Below are positions 10,474 through 22,922 of a stretch of 64,000 nucleotides of DNA, in pieces. Each line of letters opens with the position of its first letter. Within the stretch, counting starts at the first letter, position 1. This DNA is from Gammaproteobacteria bacterium (GTDB taxonomy: Bacteria; Pseudomonadota; Gammaproteobacteria; Magnimaribacterales; AG-339-G14). Made by a program: the position numbers and the translations under genes. The notes beneath the pieces are model-generated. The model had not been told where the DNA came from. It saw only the letters and a list, made by a program, of their open reading frames with translations, and made no database searches. The DNA lies in the NCBI GenBank assembly GCA_019652555.1, contig BPAJ01000002.1:79014-143013 (forward strand), in the 5' to 3' direction.

Positions 10474-12018
10474 ATGGAAGATTTAAACCCATCAGAAATT
10501 AGCAAGATTATAAAAGATCGAATTAATAAGTTGGATGTGTCTGCTGAAGAATCGAACGAAGGCACAATTGTGTTTCTTGCTGACGGTATTGCCAGGGTTC
10601 ATGGACTCAGTGAAGCCATGTATGGGGAGTTAATCGAATTCACCGGCGGCGTATTTGGCATGGCGTTGAACTTGGAACGCGACTCTGTGGGAGTCGTAAT
10701 TTTTGGTGATTACAAGCTGCTCTCTGAAGGAGATACCGCAAAATGTACTGGCAGAATTCTTGAAGTCCCAGTCGGCGATGAGCTTGTTGGCAGAGTAGTA
10801 GATGCGCTTGGAAACCCAATCGATGGTAAAGGCGACATTGGTTCCAAGTTAACTTCGCCAGTTGAGAAAGTTGCTCCTGGGGTAATGTTCAGAAAGCCAG
10901 TAGATCAGCCAGTTCAAATCGGTCTAAAAGCGGTAGATAGCATGGTGCCTATTGGGCGAGGTCAAAGGGAACTCATTATTGGCGACAGACAGACAGGAAA
11001 AACGGCTATCGCCATCGACGCGATCATAAATCAAAAAGGCAAGAACATGACTTGCATTTATGTGGCAGTTGGCCAGAAACAATCCTCAATAGCTGCAACA
11101 GTAAGAAAGTTGGAAGAATTTGGCGCAATGGATCACACCATTGTTGTAGCTGCCGCATCGGCAGACCCAGCACCCATGCAATTCTTGGCTCCATATTCTG
11201 CTTGTTCTATGGGGGAGTACTTTAGAGACAAAGGCGAAGATGCTTTGATCATTTATGACGACTTATCTAAACAAGCGGTTGCTTACAGACAAATTTCATT
11301 GCTGCTAAAAAGACCGCCAGGAAGAGAGGCATACCCAGGCGATATTTTCTACCTTCACTCAAGGTTGCTCGAAAGAGCCTCACGAGTCAACGAAGAATAT
11401 GTTGAACAAGAAACTGGTGGAAAGGTAAAAGGGAAAACGGGTTCTTTGACTGCGCTTCCTATAATTGAAACTCAAGCAGGGGACGTATCGGCTTTCGTGC
11501 CCACGAATGTGATTTCAATTACTGACGGACAAATCTTCTTAGATACTTCTTATTTCAACAAAGGTATTTTGCCTGCTATGGATCCAGGAATTTCAGTATC
11601 TAGGGTGGGTGGAGCAGCTCAATTGCCATCGATTAGAAAGCTTGGCGGAGGAGTAAGGATAGCTTTGGCCCAATTTAGAGAACTCGAGGCATTTGCACAA
11701 TTTGCCTCTGACCTGGATGACGCTTCTCGAGAACAGTTGGAACAAGGACAAAAAGTAACCGAAGTTATGAAACAAAAACAGTACTCGCCAATGTCAGTTG
11801 GGGAGATGTCGGTAATGCTTTTTGCCGTTAACGAAGGTTATATGAAAGATGTAGAGCTCAACAAAGTAGCTGATTTTGAGTCTGCCTTGTTGTCTTTTAT
11901 GGCATCTGAATATAAAGAACTCATGGCCAACTTAGACGAAACCGGAGAATATTCCGATGACGTGCTTGCTAGTTTCAAAGAAGCGCTAGAAAAATTCAAA
12001 TCAACACAAACTTGGTAG
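10474..12018 (+). CDS. atpA: F0F1 ATP synthase subunit alpha
   Basis: 514 aa with P-loop GDRQTGKTA and the conserved blocks [21 protein letters not shown] and ITDGQIFL. Confidence 0.98.
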   Translation: MEDLNPSEISKIIKDRINKLDVSAEESNEGTIVFLADGIARVHGLSEAMYGELIEFTGGVFGMALNLERDSVGVVIFGDYKLLSEGDTAKCTGRILEVPVGDELVGRVVDALGNPIDGKGDIGSKLTSPVEKVAPGVMFRKPVDQPVQIGLKAVDSMVPIGRGQRELIIGDRQTGKTAIAIDAIINQKGKNMTCIYVAVGQKQSSIAATVRKLEEFGAMDHTIVVAAASADPAPMQFLAPYSACSMGEYFRDKGEDALIIYDDLSKQAVAYRQISLLLKRPPGREAYPGDIFYLHSRLLERASRVNEEYVEQETGGKVKGKTGSLTALPIIETQAGDVSAFVPTNVISITDGQIFLDTSYFNKGILPAMDPGISVSRVGGAAQLPSIRKLGGGVRIALAQFRELEAFAQFASDLDDASREQLEQGQKVTEVMKQKQYSPMSVGEMSVMLFAVNEGYMKDVELNKVADFESALLSFMASEYKELMANLDETGEYSDDVLASFKEALEKFKSTQTW

Positions 12019-12019
12019 C

Positions 12020-12880
12020 ATGGCAAATACAAAAGAAATAAGAAAACAAATTTCCAGTATTTCAAATACGCAAAAAATTACGAGCGCCATGGAAATGGTC
12101 GCTTCTAGTAAGATGCGCAAAACCCAAGACAGAATGGAAATGGGCAGACCCTATGCAGATCGCATGCTCTCCGTTATTGGTCACTTGGCTAATTCAAATC
12201 CTGAATATAAGCCTTTGTATATGACAGAAAGAGAAACCAAGAACATCGGCATCATTGTCGTAAGTTCTGACAAAGGCTTGTGTGGCGGTTTAAACATAAA
12301 CTTGTTTAGAAACTTGGTCGGCTTTTTAAAGGAACAGGCTGATCAAGGAATTGGCCAACAGTTTTGTTCGGTTGGCACCAAGGCAAAGGTATTCTTTAAC
12401 TCATATGGGGGCAACGTTGTTGCGGCTGCTGAAAAGCTTGGAGACGTTCCAGCTTTAGAGGATTTGATTGGCTCGATAAAAATTTTGTTGGAAAAATTTG
12501 AAGCAGGAGAAATCGATAAGGTTTATTTAGCTAGTAACAGATTTGTTAATACCATGACGCAGCAGCCAGAAATCAAACAACTTCTGCCGCTCTTAGCAGA
12601 AGATACACCCGAGTTGAAACACAGATGGGACTACATCTATGAGCCAGATGCGAAAGAATTGCTAGACGGTTTGATGCAGCGTTATATCGAATCTTTAGTC
12701 TACCAAGCCGTGATTGAAAATATAGCCTGCGAGCAAGCGGCAAAAATGATTGCGATGAAAAATGCTACAGAAAATGCCGGCACCCTCATCGACGAATTAC
12801 AACTTATTTACAACAATGCCAGACAAGCGGCAATTACTCAGGAACTTTCTGAAATTGTCGGTGGAGCTGCAGCACTATAA
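12020..12880 (+). CDS. atpG: F0F1 ATP synthase subunit gamma
   Basis: 286 aa with N-terminal [24 protein letters not shown] and C-terminal [19 protein letters not shown]. Confidence 0.97.
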   Translation: MANTKEIRKQISSISNTQKITSAMEMVASSKMRKTQDRMEMGRPYADRMLSVIGHLANSNPEYKPLYMTERETKNIGIIVVSSDKGLCGGLNINLFRNLVGFLKEQADQGIGQQFCSVGTKAKVFFNSYGGNVVAAAEKLGDVPALEDLIGSIKILLEKFEAGEIDKVYLASNRFVNTMTQQPEIKQLLPLLAEDTPELKHRWDYIYEPDAKELLDGLMQRYIESLVYQAVIENIACEQAAKMIAMKNATENAGTLIDELQLIYNNARQAAITQELSEIVGGAAAL

Positions 12881-12890
12881 AAATTATTGA

Positions 12891-14276
<1,386 letters not shown>

Positions 14277-14278
14277 GC

Positions 14279-14692
14279 ATGTCGACAATTCTTTGCAACA
14301 TCGTAAGCGCTGAGTCGGAAATTTTTTCTGGCCAAGTTGAAATGGTGGTTGCAACTGGAACTTTAGGAGAACTCGGCATAACACCAGGACACTCTCAACT
14401 TCTCACAGGTATCAAAGCAGGTCCGGTGAAGGTAATTTTAGAGGGCGGCGAAGAAAAAGTATTTTTTCTGTCCGGTGGGTTCATCGAAGTCCAGCCAGAT
14501 GCAGTAACCTTGCTTTCCGATGTTGCTGAAAGAGCGGAAGATATTGATGAGGCAGAAGCTGAGAGAGCTAGAGAGTTAGCAGAAAGGGCAAGAGATAATG
14601 CCAGTTCGGATGTAGATTTTTCCAAAGCCAAAGCTGAACTTGCTGAAGTTGCTGCGAGATTGCAAACGCTTCGCAAAATGCGAAAGAAATAG
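14279..14692 (+). CDS. atpC: F0F1 ATP synthase subunit epsilon
   Basis: 137 aa with an N-terminal beta-sandwich (IVSAESEIFSGQVEMVV) and a C-terminal helical hairpin. Last gene of the operon. Confidence 0.93.
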   Translation: MSTILCNIVSAESEIFSGQVEMVVATGTLGELGITPGHSQLLTGIKAGPVKVILEGGEEKVFFLSGGFIEVQPDAVTLLSDVAERAEDIDEAEAERARELAERARDNASSDVDFSKAKAELAEVAARLQTLRKMRKK

Positions 14693-14739
14693 TCAAAAGC
14701 CCCTTAAAAATCTAGAATACGCTCTAATCTGGGCTGTTC

Positions 14740-16086
14740 ATGAAAATCGATGCAATTATTTTAGCTGCTGGCAAAGGCAAGAGAATGCAATCTGCTTCGC
14801 CAAAAGTATTGCAACAAGTTGCCGGAAAAGCTTTGCTGCAGCATGTTTTAGATACTTCTCTCGAATTAAAAAGTTGTCAGCCTCACATTGTTGTTGGCGA
14901 CCAAGCCTCTTTGGTAAAAGCTTCTGTATCTGCTCCTAAAAACAGCAAATGGTCCAAACAAGCAAAACAATTGGGCACAGGACACGCGGTAAAACAATCT
15001 TTAAAAGGCTTAAGAGCTGGATCGATAGCGCTTATTCTTTATGGCGATGTTCCATTAGTGAAAAGCTCTACGATGAACAACTTAGTTAAGGCAGCTGGAA
15101 AAAGCAGTCTCGCCCTCCTTTCATTTGAGCAACAAACACCAAAAGGCTATGGCAGAATCATCAGAAGTCCCAGAGGCAAGGTACTTGGAATTGTTGAAGA
15201 GAAAGACGCAACAACAGAGCAAAAGAAAATCACTGAAGTAAATTCTGGAATTATGGCAGTTGCTTCAAATAAGCTTGAAGAGCTTCTTAAGGGCTTGAAA
15301 AATAAAAATGCTGCAAAAGAATATTATTTAACCGATATTGTAAGCCTAGCAAATGAGAACAAAATACCAGTAAAAGCTGTCAAACTTGATAGCAAGGAGG
15401 AAGTTTTGGGAGCAAACAATCTAGAAGAGCTCAATCAACTCGAGCGAAACTATCAACTGTTGAAAGCCAAGGAGTTTTCAAAAAAAGGAGTGATTATCTT
15501 TGATCCGGCCAGAGTGGATTTTAGAGGCGAAGTCAAAATTCAAAAAGGCAGTAGTATCGATATCAACTGCGTCTTTGAAGGAAAGGTCGAAATTGGAAAA
15601 AACGTCATCATTGGTCCAGGCGCGATCATAAGAAATTCCAAGATAGGCGACGGCTCAAGAATTGAGCCCTACACTCTCATTGAAAATGCAATATTAGAAA
15701 AAAACGTCACTGCCGGCCCATATGCGCACATCGGACCCGATGCTCACCTTGAAGAAAGTTCTGAGATTGGAAACTTTGTTGAAGTAAAACGCAGCAAAAT
15801 TGGCAAAGGCACAAAAGCCAAGCACTTGGCTTATATTGGCGATGGGCAAGTTGCAGAAAAAGTAAATGTTGGAGCGGGGACTATTTTTGTAAATTACGAC
15901 GGTAAAAATAAAAACAAAACTAAAGTGGGCAAAGGTGCTTTTATTGGCTCCAACAGCTCTTTGATTGCCCCTATAAAAATCGGACAAAATAGTATGATTG
16001 GTGCTGGCTCGGTTGTTACGAGCGACGTTCCGGCTGAAAGACTGGCCTTGGGCAGATCAAGACAAAGGAATATAAAGAAAAAATAA
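14740..16086 (+). CDS. glmU: Bifunctional UDP-N-acetylglucosamine diphosphorylase / glucosamine-1-phosphate N-acetyltransferase
   Basis: 448 aa with N-terminal ILAAGKGKRM and C-terminal left-handed beta-helix hexapeptide repeats. atp-glmU-glmS synteny as in E. coli. Confidence 0.95.
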   Translation: MKIDAIILAAGKGKRMQSASPKVLQQVAGKALLQHVLDTSLELKSCQPHIVVGDQASLVKASVSAPKNSKWSKQAKQLGTGHAVKQSLKGLRAGSIALILYGDVPLVKSSTMNNLVKAAGKSSLALLSFEQQTPKGYGRIIRSPRGKVLGIVEEKDATTEQKKITEVNSGIMAVASNKLEELLKGLKNKNAAKEYYLTDIVSLANENKIPVKAVKLDSKEEVLGANNLEELNQLERNYQLLKAKEFSKKGVIIFDPARVDFRGEVKIQKGSSIDINCVFEGKVEIGKNVIIGPGAIIRNSKIGDGSRIEPYTLIENAILEKNVTAGPYAHIGPDAHLEESSEIGNFVEVKRSKIGKGTKAKHLAYIGDGQVAEKVNVGAGTIFVNYDGKNKNKTKVGKGAFIGSNSSLIAPIKIGQNSMIGAGSVVTSDVPAERLALGRSRQRNIKKK

Positions 16087-17913
16087 TGTGCGGAATAATT
16101 GCAGCAGCTACTGAAAAAAGCGTTGGCAAACTCTTAGTGCAGGGTTTGTACAAGATGGAATATCGGGGCTACGACTCTGCAGGTGTGGCTTTGCATCAAA
16201 TAGACGATATTGCACACCTTAGATCTTTAGGCAAAGTTAAAAAGCTCGAATCCAAAATGGTTAAAGAAAAGCCCAAGGGCAAAATTGGTATTGCTCACAC
16301 AAGGTGGGCTACCCATGGCAAGCCTTCAGAAGAGAACGCCCATCCACACGTTTCTAATAATAGAGTGTTCATCGTGCATAACGGCATCATTGAAAATTAT
16401 GTTGCTTTGAAAGAACAACTCATTAAAAAAGGTTACCAATTTAATTCCCAAACCGACTCAGAGTTGATAGCGCATCAACTGGATTTTTTCTTAAACCAAG
16501 GAAGTGAGATGCTGGAAGCTATGTCTTTGTTGAAAGAAAAACTAGAAGGAGCTTACGCTGTTGCTGCCATTGATTTAAAAAATGAATCGCATTTTTATCT
16601 CATGCGAAATAAATCACCGCTGCTTTTGGGTCAATCCGATTCAGGCATGTTTGCTGCATCCGACCCTTTGGCGCTTGCTGATCTAACCAACGAATTTGTT
16701 TTCTTAGAAGATGGCGATGTCGCTGAGGTATCTGCAAAAGAGTACAAGATTTTAGATAAGAACCAGAAAAGGGCCATTAGAAAAATTACCACTATCGATG
16801 TTTCAAGCGAGGCGATGGGCAAAAACGGCTATCGCCATTTCATGGAAAAAGAAATTTATGAGCAGCCAACTGCAATTTTAAATACTTTAGATGGCAGGAT
16901 TGGAGGCGAGGATGTACTCGAAAATATATTTGGCGAAGGTTCTAATGAGTTGCTTTCAAAAGTAGAAAGAATTCAAATCGTTGCTGCAGGCACAAGTCTG
17001 CATGCAGGCAGAGTAGCAGCCAATTGGTTTTCAGCAATAGCAAATCTCCCAACGCAAATAGATTATGCGAGCGAATACCGCTACAAAAATCCGTATGTTG
17101 ATAAAAACACCCTCTTGTTAACCATTTCTCAATCGGGAGAGACTGCAGATACTTTAGGCGCATTAAGATATGCCAAAGAAAGAAGCTATTTGGGTTCTCT
17201 TACCATTTGCAACGTACCCACAAGCTCGCTGGCCAGAGAATCTGATTTTGTTTTGTTGACCAACGCAGGTCCTGAAATAGGCGTTGCCTCGACCAAAGCC
17301 TTTACGACGCAACTAACTGCCTTGATGTTACTTACTTTGTCCTTGGCAAAAGCAAGAAACCTAAATCCAAGATTAAGAGGAAGAGTCGTTGGCGCTTTAC
17401 GAGCTTTGCCAGAGAAAATAACTGAGTCGTTGGAGTTGAAAACCTAAGATCATAAAAATCGCTAAAGAAATAGCTAAAAAAGACAATGCTTTATTTTTAG
17501 GAAGAGGTATCTTTTATCCGATAGCTCAAGAAGGCTCTCTAAAACTCAAAGAAATTTCTTATATTCATGCTGAAGCCTATCCTGCAGGAGAGCTCAAACA
17601 CGGACCGCTTGCTCTTATCGATAAAAATATGCCTGTTATTGCTTTGGCGCCCGAAAATGAATTGGCAGAAAAATTGATCTCTAATTTAGAGGAAGTGAAA
17701 GCAAGAGGCGGAAAACTGTTTGTCGTAGGAAATGCAGCAGGCAATATGAAATTGAAAGCAAAAAATCTGATCAATCTGCCAGAATGCGATTTCTTACTGA
17801 CACCGATTTTGTACACCGTACCCCTACAGATTCTTTCTTACGAAGTAGCCCTGCTTAGAGGTACCGACATCGACCAGCCAAGAAACTTAGCCAAGTCTGT
17901 CACGGTAGAGTAG
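16086..17913 (+). CDS. glmS: Glutamine--fructose-6-phosphate aminotransferase GlmS, interrupted by a 1-nt frameshift at about 17437-17450
   Basis: MCGIIAA nucleophile start. ORF 16086..17447 ends ...ITESLELKT*. The +1 frame is open from 17440 and reads [23 protein letters not shown]...[27 protein letters not shown], running into track ORF 17629..17913, which ends KSVTVE. The lesion lies in the run TTGAAAACC. Confidence 0.93.
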
Positions 17914-17916
17914 TTT

Positions 17917-19434
17917 TTGATTTTCTTTAGTTTTCCAAAATGCAGACTTTACATTTTTATAATGTTGAGCATTTTTTTGGCTCCTCAAATTTATGCAAAC
18001 GAATTTAAAGTTGGGTTTGCTGAGCTTTCAATTACCCCTGAGCTAATCGATGAATGGGAAGATATAAATAACGACGCTCAATTTGATTCGGATATTGATA
18101 GATGGACTGATGTGAATGGCAACAACAAATTTGATGCCGTGTGGATGGCAGGGTTTCAAAATAAACGAGCCGCTCAAGGAGTTAAAGATGACCTCATGGC
18201 GGTAACCGCCGTAATTGATGATGGCCAGACTCGGATAGGAATAATTAGCGCTGACACTATAGGGCTAATGAGAAAATTTGTACTCAGTGTGCGTGAGGAT
18301 GTTCCCGCAGAGTGGGGTCTAGATTACATCATGGTGCATGCCACTCATAATCATGAGGGCCCAGATACCCAAGGTCTTTGGGGCCCGGGTTTTTTAAAAA
18401 GCGGCGTTGATGAAGATTATATGGAGCAGCTCAAAACAGCTTTCATACGCTCATTAAAAATGGCTATAGATAACTTGGAGCCTGCAGAAATGAGCTTGGC
18501 TTTAATTCCGACTAATCCTCTTACGCCTATCAAAGACAAAAGAAAACCCATCGTGATAGACGATGACATCAGAGCAATTTTGTTTAATAGACCTGATGGC
18601 TCAATTATTGGCTCGTTAATTAACTTTGGAATTCATGTCGAACTTACATGGGATAAAAATCTAGAATTAACTGCTGATGTTGCAGGCTACTTAAGAAGAG
18701 GCATCAGCGAGGGTATTTACTATGATGATCAGCTAATTAGAACTGGACTTGGCGGAACCACTTTATGGCTTACAGGAAATATAGGAGGCTTAATGACTTC
18801 AGGGCCAACCGATCCAATTTATGATCCTGTTTTAGAAAAAATGCTCACGAAACCAAGTCATGCTAAAGCACGCGCGTATGGATATAGCTTAGCAAACAGT
18901 GTCATCGAGGCTTTTCAAGCAGGAGATTTCAAGCAGTCTCCAAAGCCATCGATAACTGTCCACTCGACAGAAATAGAATTAGGCATAGAAAATTTCATGC
19001 TCTCATTAGGTACTTTGCTTGGCGTCATTGATTCCGATCCTAAATTCAGTCTGATGCCACCATTTATACGATATCTCAGCGAAGTGGCATTTATACAAAT
19101 AGGAGACGCATCCATTACCGGCGTTCCTGGAGAACTCTATCCAGAAATTGCTGTTGGAGGCATAGAAAATCCTATAGGCGCAGATTACGTGATGGCTCCA
19201 CAAGAAGTTCCACATTTACGAAGTCAATTTCCAGACAAACTTAATTTGATGGTGAATTTAGCAAACGATGCTATTGGTTACATCATTCCAAAAAGCGAAT
19301 GGGATGAAGACGCCCCTTGGATTTATGGAGAGAATGAAGAAACTTATGGCGAGGTAGTGTCTCTAGGTCCAAATACTGCCCTTATAATTCATGAAAATCT
19401 TGTTAAGCTTATAGAAGAATCAAAAAATAAATAA
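17917..19434 (+). CDS. Exported neutral/alkaline ceramidase-like hydrolase family protein
   Basis: 505 aa with a TTG start and a hydrophobic N-terminus. FKVGFAELSITPE...GVKDDLMAVTAVIDDG...IISADTIGL...VHATHNHEGPD resembles the N-terminal domain of neutral ceramidases. Family call from motifs only. Confidence 0.5.
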   Translation: MIFFSFPKCRLYIFIMLSIFLAPQIYANEFKVGFAELSITPELIDEWEDINNDAQFDSDIDRWTDVNGNNKFDAVWMAGFQNKRAAQGVKDDLMAVTAVIDDGQTRIGIISADTIGLMRKFVLSVREDVPAEWGLDYIMVHATHNHEGPDTQGLWGPGFLKSGVDEDYMEQLKTAFIRSLKMAIDNLEPAEMSLALIPTNPLTPIKDKRKPIVIDDDIRAILFNRPDGSIIGSLINFGIHVELTWDKNLELTADVAGYLRRGISEGIYYDDQLIRTGLGGTTLWLTGNIGGLMTSGPTDPIYDPVLEKMLTKPSHAKARAYGYSLANSVIEAFQAGDFKQSPKPSITVHSTEIELGIENFMLSLGTLLGVIDSDPKFSLMPPFIRYLSEVAFIQIGDASITGVPGELYPEIAVGGIENPIGADYVMAPQEVPHLRSQFPDKLNLMVNLANDAIGYIIPKSEWDEDAPWIYGENEETYGEVVSLGPNTALIIHENLVKLIEESKNK

Positions 19435-19447
19435 AAAGGGGATAAAT

Positions 19448-20617
19448 ATGGGTAATGGAAAAGAATATGATTTTGTAGTTTATGGAGCTACAGGTTTTAC
19501 AGGAAAGTTAGTCGTTGAGTATTTGGTAGAAAAATACAGCAATGATTCTGAAGTAACCTGGGCTTTAGCAGGCCGAAATCTCGAAAAGCTTAAATCTGTT
19601 GCTGACTCTATTGGCGTTCCTGAAAATACAGAGCTTTTGGTAGTTGATAGCAATGATGTTTCAAGCATTGAAACCTTAGTTTCAAAAACCAAATGTGTTT
19701 TAACTACTGTTGGTCCATATCAACTTTATGGCGACGACATTGTTGCTGCATGTGCAAAATCCGGAACAGACTATGTTGATCTGTGTGGTGAGCCAGGTTG
19801 GATGCATGAAAAGATTAATGAGCTAGGTGATATCGCAAAAGAATCCGGTTCGAGAATAGTTTTTTCCTGTGGGTTCGACAGCATTCCTTTTGATTTGGGT
19901 GTTTTATTTTTGCAAAACGAAGTTATTAAAAGACATGGCAAACCAGCTTCAAGTGTCAGGGGGAGAGTCAGGGCAATGAATGGTGAATTTTCTGGCGGTA
20001 CGGCAGCATCACTTGGTGCGACTATGGCAGCATTGAAAGAAAAGCCGGAACTTTTTGCAGTTCTTGCCAATCCATTTGCACTTTCAGATGGCTTTACAGG
20101 ACCAGAACAACCCGCTGACAACAAACCCATGCTTGATGAAAAGCTAGACACATGGGTGGCTCCATTTTTTATGGCGCCAATTAATACCAAGAACGTTCAC
20201 AGATCCAATGCATTGATGAATCATATGTATGGGGAGGATTTTTGTTACAACGAGATGTGGATTATGGGGCCTGGCGACGATGGCAAAGCTGCAGCCGATG
20301 CAGTCTCTTCCGCGAATCCTCTTAGCGATGCTCCAGAACCTGGCGAAGGCCCCTCAAGAGAATCCAGAGAAAATGGAAACTACGATGTCTTGTTTTGCGG
20401 AGACATTAATGAAGAAAGCGTTCATGTTTCTGTCGCTGGGGATATGGATCCTGGTTATGGCTCAACCTCAAAGATGATTGCTGAGAGTGCAATATGCTTG
20501 GTAAAAGAGTGTGCCGATCTTGCTGGAGGTATTTACACACCAGCACCTTCAATGGGAATCAAACTCATAAAAAGGTTGCAAGACAATGCAGGACTTACCT
20601 TTAAAATTGAAAACTAA
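19448..20617 (+). CDS. Saccharopine dehydrogenase-like NAD(P)-binding oxidoreductase
   Basis: 389 aa. The Rossmann N-terminus YDFVVYGATGFTGKLVVEYL is typical of the SCCPDH / trans-acting enoyl reductase family. Confidence 0.7.
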   Translation: MGNGKEYDFVVYGATGFTGKLVVEYLVEKYSNDSEVTWALAGRNLEKLKSVADSIGVPENTELLVVDSNDVSSIETLVSKTKCVLTTVGPYQLYGDDIVAACAKSGTDYVDLCGEPGWMHEKINELGDIAKESGSRIVFSCGFDSIPFDLGVLFLQNEVIKRHGKPASSVRGRVRAMNGEFSGGTAASLGATMAALKEKPELFAVLANPFALSDGFTGPEQPADNKPMLDEKLDTWVAPFFMAPINTKNVHRSNALMNHMYGEDFCYNEMWIMGPGDDGKAAADAVSSANPLSDAPEPGEGPSRESRENGNYDVLFCGDINEESVHVSVAGDMDPGYGSTSKMIAESAICLVKECADLAGGIYTPAPSMGIKLIKRLQDNAGLTFKIEN

Positions 20618-20659
20618 GATATAGACTAAATTTAGTCTTAAATAAAAAAGGGGGAGCTT

Positions 20660-21055
20660 ATGGAAAAAACTTTTATCACTGTTGGCAGAATGCTGCTAGG
20701 CCTTTATTTTTTGCTCCCCGGAATTTCTAAAATTCCAACTTATACAGGTACAACTGAATACATGTTGCTGCATAACATCCCGTTGGCAAGCATTCTGCTG
20801 CCCATCACAATAGTTTTGCAAATAGGCTTGGGAGTGATGCTCATCATAGGTTATCGCATCAAAGAATCTGCTTTAATCCTTGCTGCTTTAACCATTTTTA
20901 TAAATATCGGCATGCATGATTTTTGGAATGAGTATCCGAATACAGATGCGGGGCATGAAACTCAGAACTTTGTGAAAAACTTAGCAATCTTTGCCGGGCT
21001 GCTTGTGTTAAGCGCAACTGATAGAGTTCAGCAATGGAAGCTTTTCTCAAAATAA
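20660..21055 (+). CDS. DoxX family membrane protein
   Basis: 131 aa with 4 TM helices. GRMLLGLYFLLPGISK and NFVKNLAIFAGLL are typical of DoxX. Confidence 0.65.
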   Translation: MEKTFITVGRMLLGLYFLLPGISKIPTYTGTTEYMLLHNIPLASILLPITIVLQIGLGVMLIIGYRIKESALILAALTIFINIGMHDFWNEYPNTDAGHETQNFVKNLAIFAGLLVLSATDRVQQWKLFSK

Positions 21056-21074
21056 CAAACTTAAGGAGGTTATT

Positions 21075-21410
21075 ATGATGTTTTTTAGATTTTTTCTCGG
21101 ATTTATAGCTTTAGCGGTTGTTGTTTATACAATTCCTGTCATTCAGAGCGACGGACTTTTAACTTTATTCCCATCTTTTTTTGGTGAAATCCTAAGTATG
21201 AGTTGGCAAGGACAATTTAATACAGATTTTTTAGCCTTTCTTTTGTTATCAGCCTTTTGGACTTGTTGGAGAAATAATTTCTCTTTGCAAGGAATCGCGC
21301 TTGGGATTGGAGCTTTTTTTCTTGGAGCGCCATATTTAGCTTTCTATCTCATTTACTTAAGTTATGTTTGCAAAGGAGACATAAAATTAATGTTGTTAGG
21401 AGATAAATAA
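21075..21410 (+). CDS. Small integral membrane protein, unknown function
   Basis: 111 aa with about 4 hydrophobic helices and a GGAGG SD upstream. No family recognised. Confidence 0.5.
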   Translation: MMFFRFFLGFIALAVVVYTIPVIQSDGLLTLFPSFFGEILSMSWQGQFNTDFLAFLLLSAFWTCWRNNFSLQGIALGIGAFFLGAPYLAFYLIYLSYVCKGDIKLMLLGDK

Positions 21411-21415
21411 TAATT

Positions 21416-22876
21416 ATGGCAACCAAAATTCTTAAATATACTTTTGCAATATTTCTGATACTGGTATTAATCGTTTTGCTTAGAGCTTATTTGCATCAGC
21501 CAGATGCTTACCAAGCTAAAATTAGTGAGCCAATAATTTTTGATGAAACAAAATCAATTAATAACCTTTCAAGATCCATACAATTTGAAACCATATCTCA
21601 TCCGGATTATGAAAAATTTGATTACGATGAGTTTCAAAGATTTCTTGCTTGGCTCGAAGAAGAATACTTTCAAGTTTTCAAAAATTTAGAAAAAAAATAT
21701 CTTGGCGAGACGCTCTTATTAAAATGGAAAGGAGAAGATCCAAGCCTAGACCCTATTTTACTAACAGGTCATTACGATGTGGTTCCTGTTAGAGAGGATG
21801 CAAACTCAATCTGGCAAGAAAAACCTTTCTCGGGAAAAATCGATGATGAATATGTTTGGGGCAGAGGCGCGCTAGATGACAAAAGCGGGGTCATCGCAAT
21901 TTTGGAAGCCGTTGATTATTTGTTAACTCAAGACTTTGTCCCTAATAGAACAATTTATTTAAGTTTTGGCCATGATGAAGAAATTGGTGGCAGAAGGGGC
22001 GCTGGCAAAGTTGCTGAATTTCTTATCAATGAAGGAGTGGAACTTGAATGGACTTTAGACGAAGGTTCTTTCTTACTCAAAGACATAATTCCTGGAGTCA
22101 ACAAACCCGTCGCGGTTATTAATGTCGCTGAAAAAGGCAGTTTAACCATCGAGGTTATTGGTAAAGCAGAAGGCGGTCACTCCTCCATGCCATCCTCAAA
22201 TTCATCTGTTGGATATTTGGCTGAAGCTTTACTGAAGCTTGAGGATAATCCCATTCCTGGAAAGCTGGAAGGTATTTCTCTAGGCCTTTTTGATGAAGTC
22301 AGCAAGCAAATGCCTTTTCAGTATAAAATTTTATTTGCGAACTTATGGTTATTTGAGCCAGTAATAAACAGTTTTCTTTCCAATAGCCCAACCATGAACG
22401 CTGTAATAAGAACCACTACAGCCCCAACAATGTTATCGGCCAGTAATCGAATTAATGTGCTTGCAAGCGAGGCGAAAGGAACAGTTAATTTTAGACTCCA
22501 TCCCAGAGACAACCCAGAAACCATCGTCAATTTCGTTAACAATTTGATTGGCAATGAAAATATCGAAGTGAAAAAACTTAGCTCAGGAACTTTGGCAAGC
22601 TCTGTATCTGATTGGGACACTGATGGATACAGGGTAATCAGCAATTCAGTGAGAGAAGTTTATGGCGACATTATTGTAGCTCCAGGCCTAATGGTAGGCG
22701 GTTCTGACTCAAAACATTATGGCAAAGCCGCTAAAAATTCATACCGATTTAACCCTTTTCCATTATCTGCAAGCGAGCTAAGCGGTCTACATGGAATTGA
22801 TGAACGCATCAAGAAAGAAGATTTTCTAAATGGAATCAGATCTTACATAAGAATTATTCAATCTGGATCTATTTAA
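21416..22876 (+). CDS. M20-family metallopeptidase (carboxypeptidase-like) with N-terminal membrane anchor
   Basis: 486 aa with metal-binding blocks LLTGHYDVVPV, GRGALDDKSG and FGHDEEIGG. Confidence 0.8.
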   Translation: MATKILKYTFAIFLILVLIVLLRAYLHQPDAYQAKISEPIIFDETKSINNLSRSIQFETISHPDYEKFDYDEFQRFLAWLEEEYFQVFKNLEKKYLGETLLLKWKGEDPSLDPILLTGHYDVVPVREDANSIWQEKPFSGKIDDEYVWGRGALDDKSGVIAILEAVDYLLTQDFVPNRTIYLSFGHDEEIGGRRGAGKVAEFLINEGVELEWTLDEGSFLLKDIIPGVNKPVAVINVAEKGSLTIEVIGKAEGGHSSMPSSNSSVGYLAEALLKLEDNPIPGKLEGISLGLFDEVSKQMPFQYKILFANLWLFEPVINSFLSNSPTMNAVIRTTTAPTMLSASNRINVLASEAKGTVNFRLHPRDNPETIVNFVNNLIGNENIEVKKLSSGTLASSVSDWDTDGYRVISNSVREVYGDIIVAPGLMVGGSDSKHYGKAAKNSYRFNPFPLSASELSGLHGIDERIKKEDFLNGIRSYIRIIQSGSI

Positions 22877-22922
22877 AGATACAATTCCCAGAACAAATTA
22901 TTTACAACAAAAAGACACAACT

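Noticed and set aside
14640-14939. + strand ORF of 99 aa spanning the atpC end and the glmU start.
   Set aside because: It overlaps two conserved genes out of frame, and its Cys/Arg-rich translation has no family resemblance. It is an artefact of the ORF caller.
20229-20477. 82-aa + strand ORF nested in the saccharopine-dehydrogenase-like gene. The ORFs at 30886..31113, 36837..37037, 39806..40087, 50172..50366 and 51834..52016 are similar cases.
   Set aside because: They are alternative-frame ORFs inside longer genes that carry clear motifs. There is no independent support.
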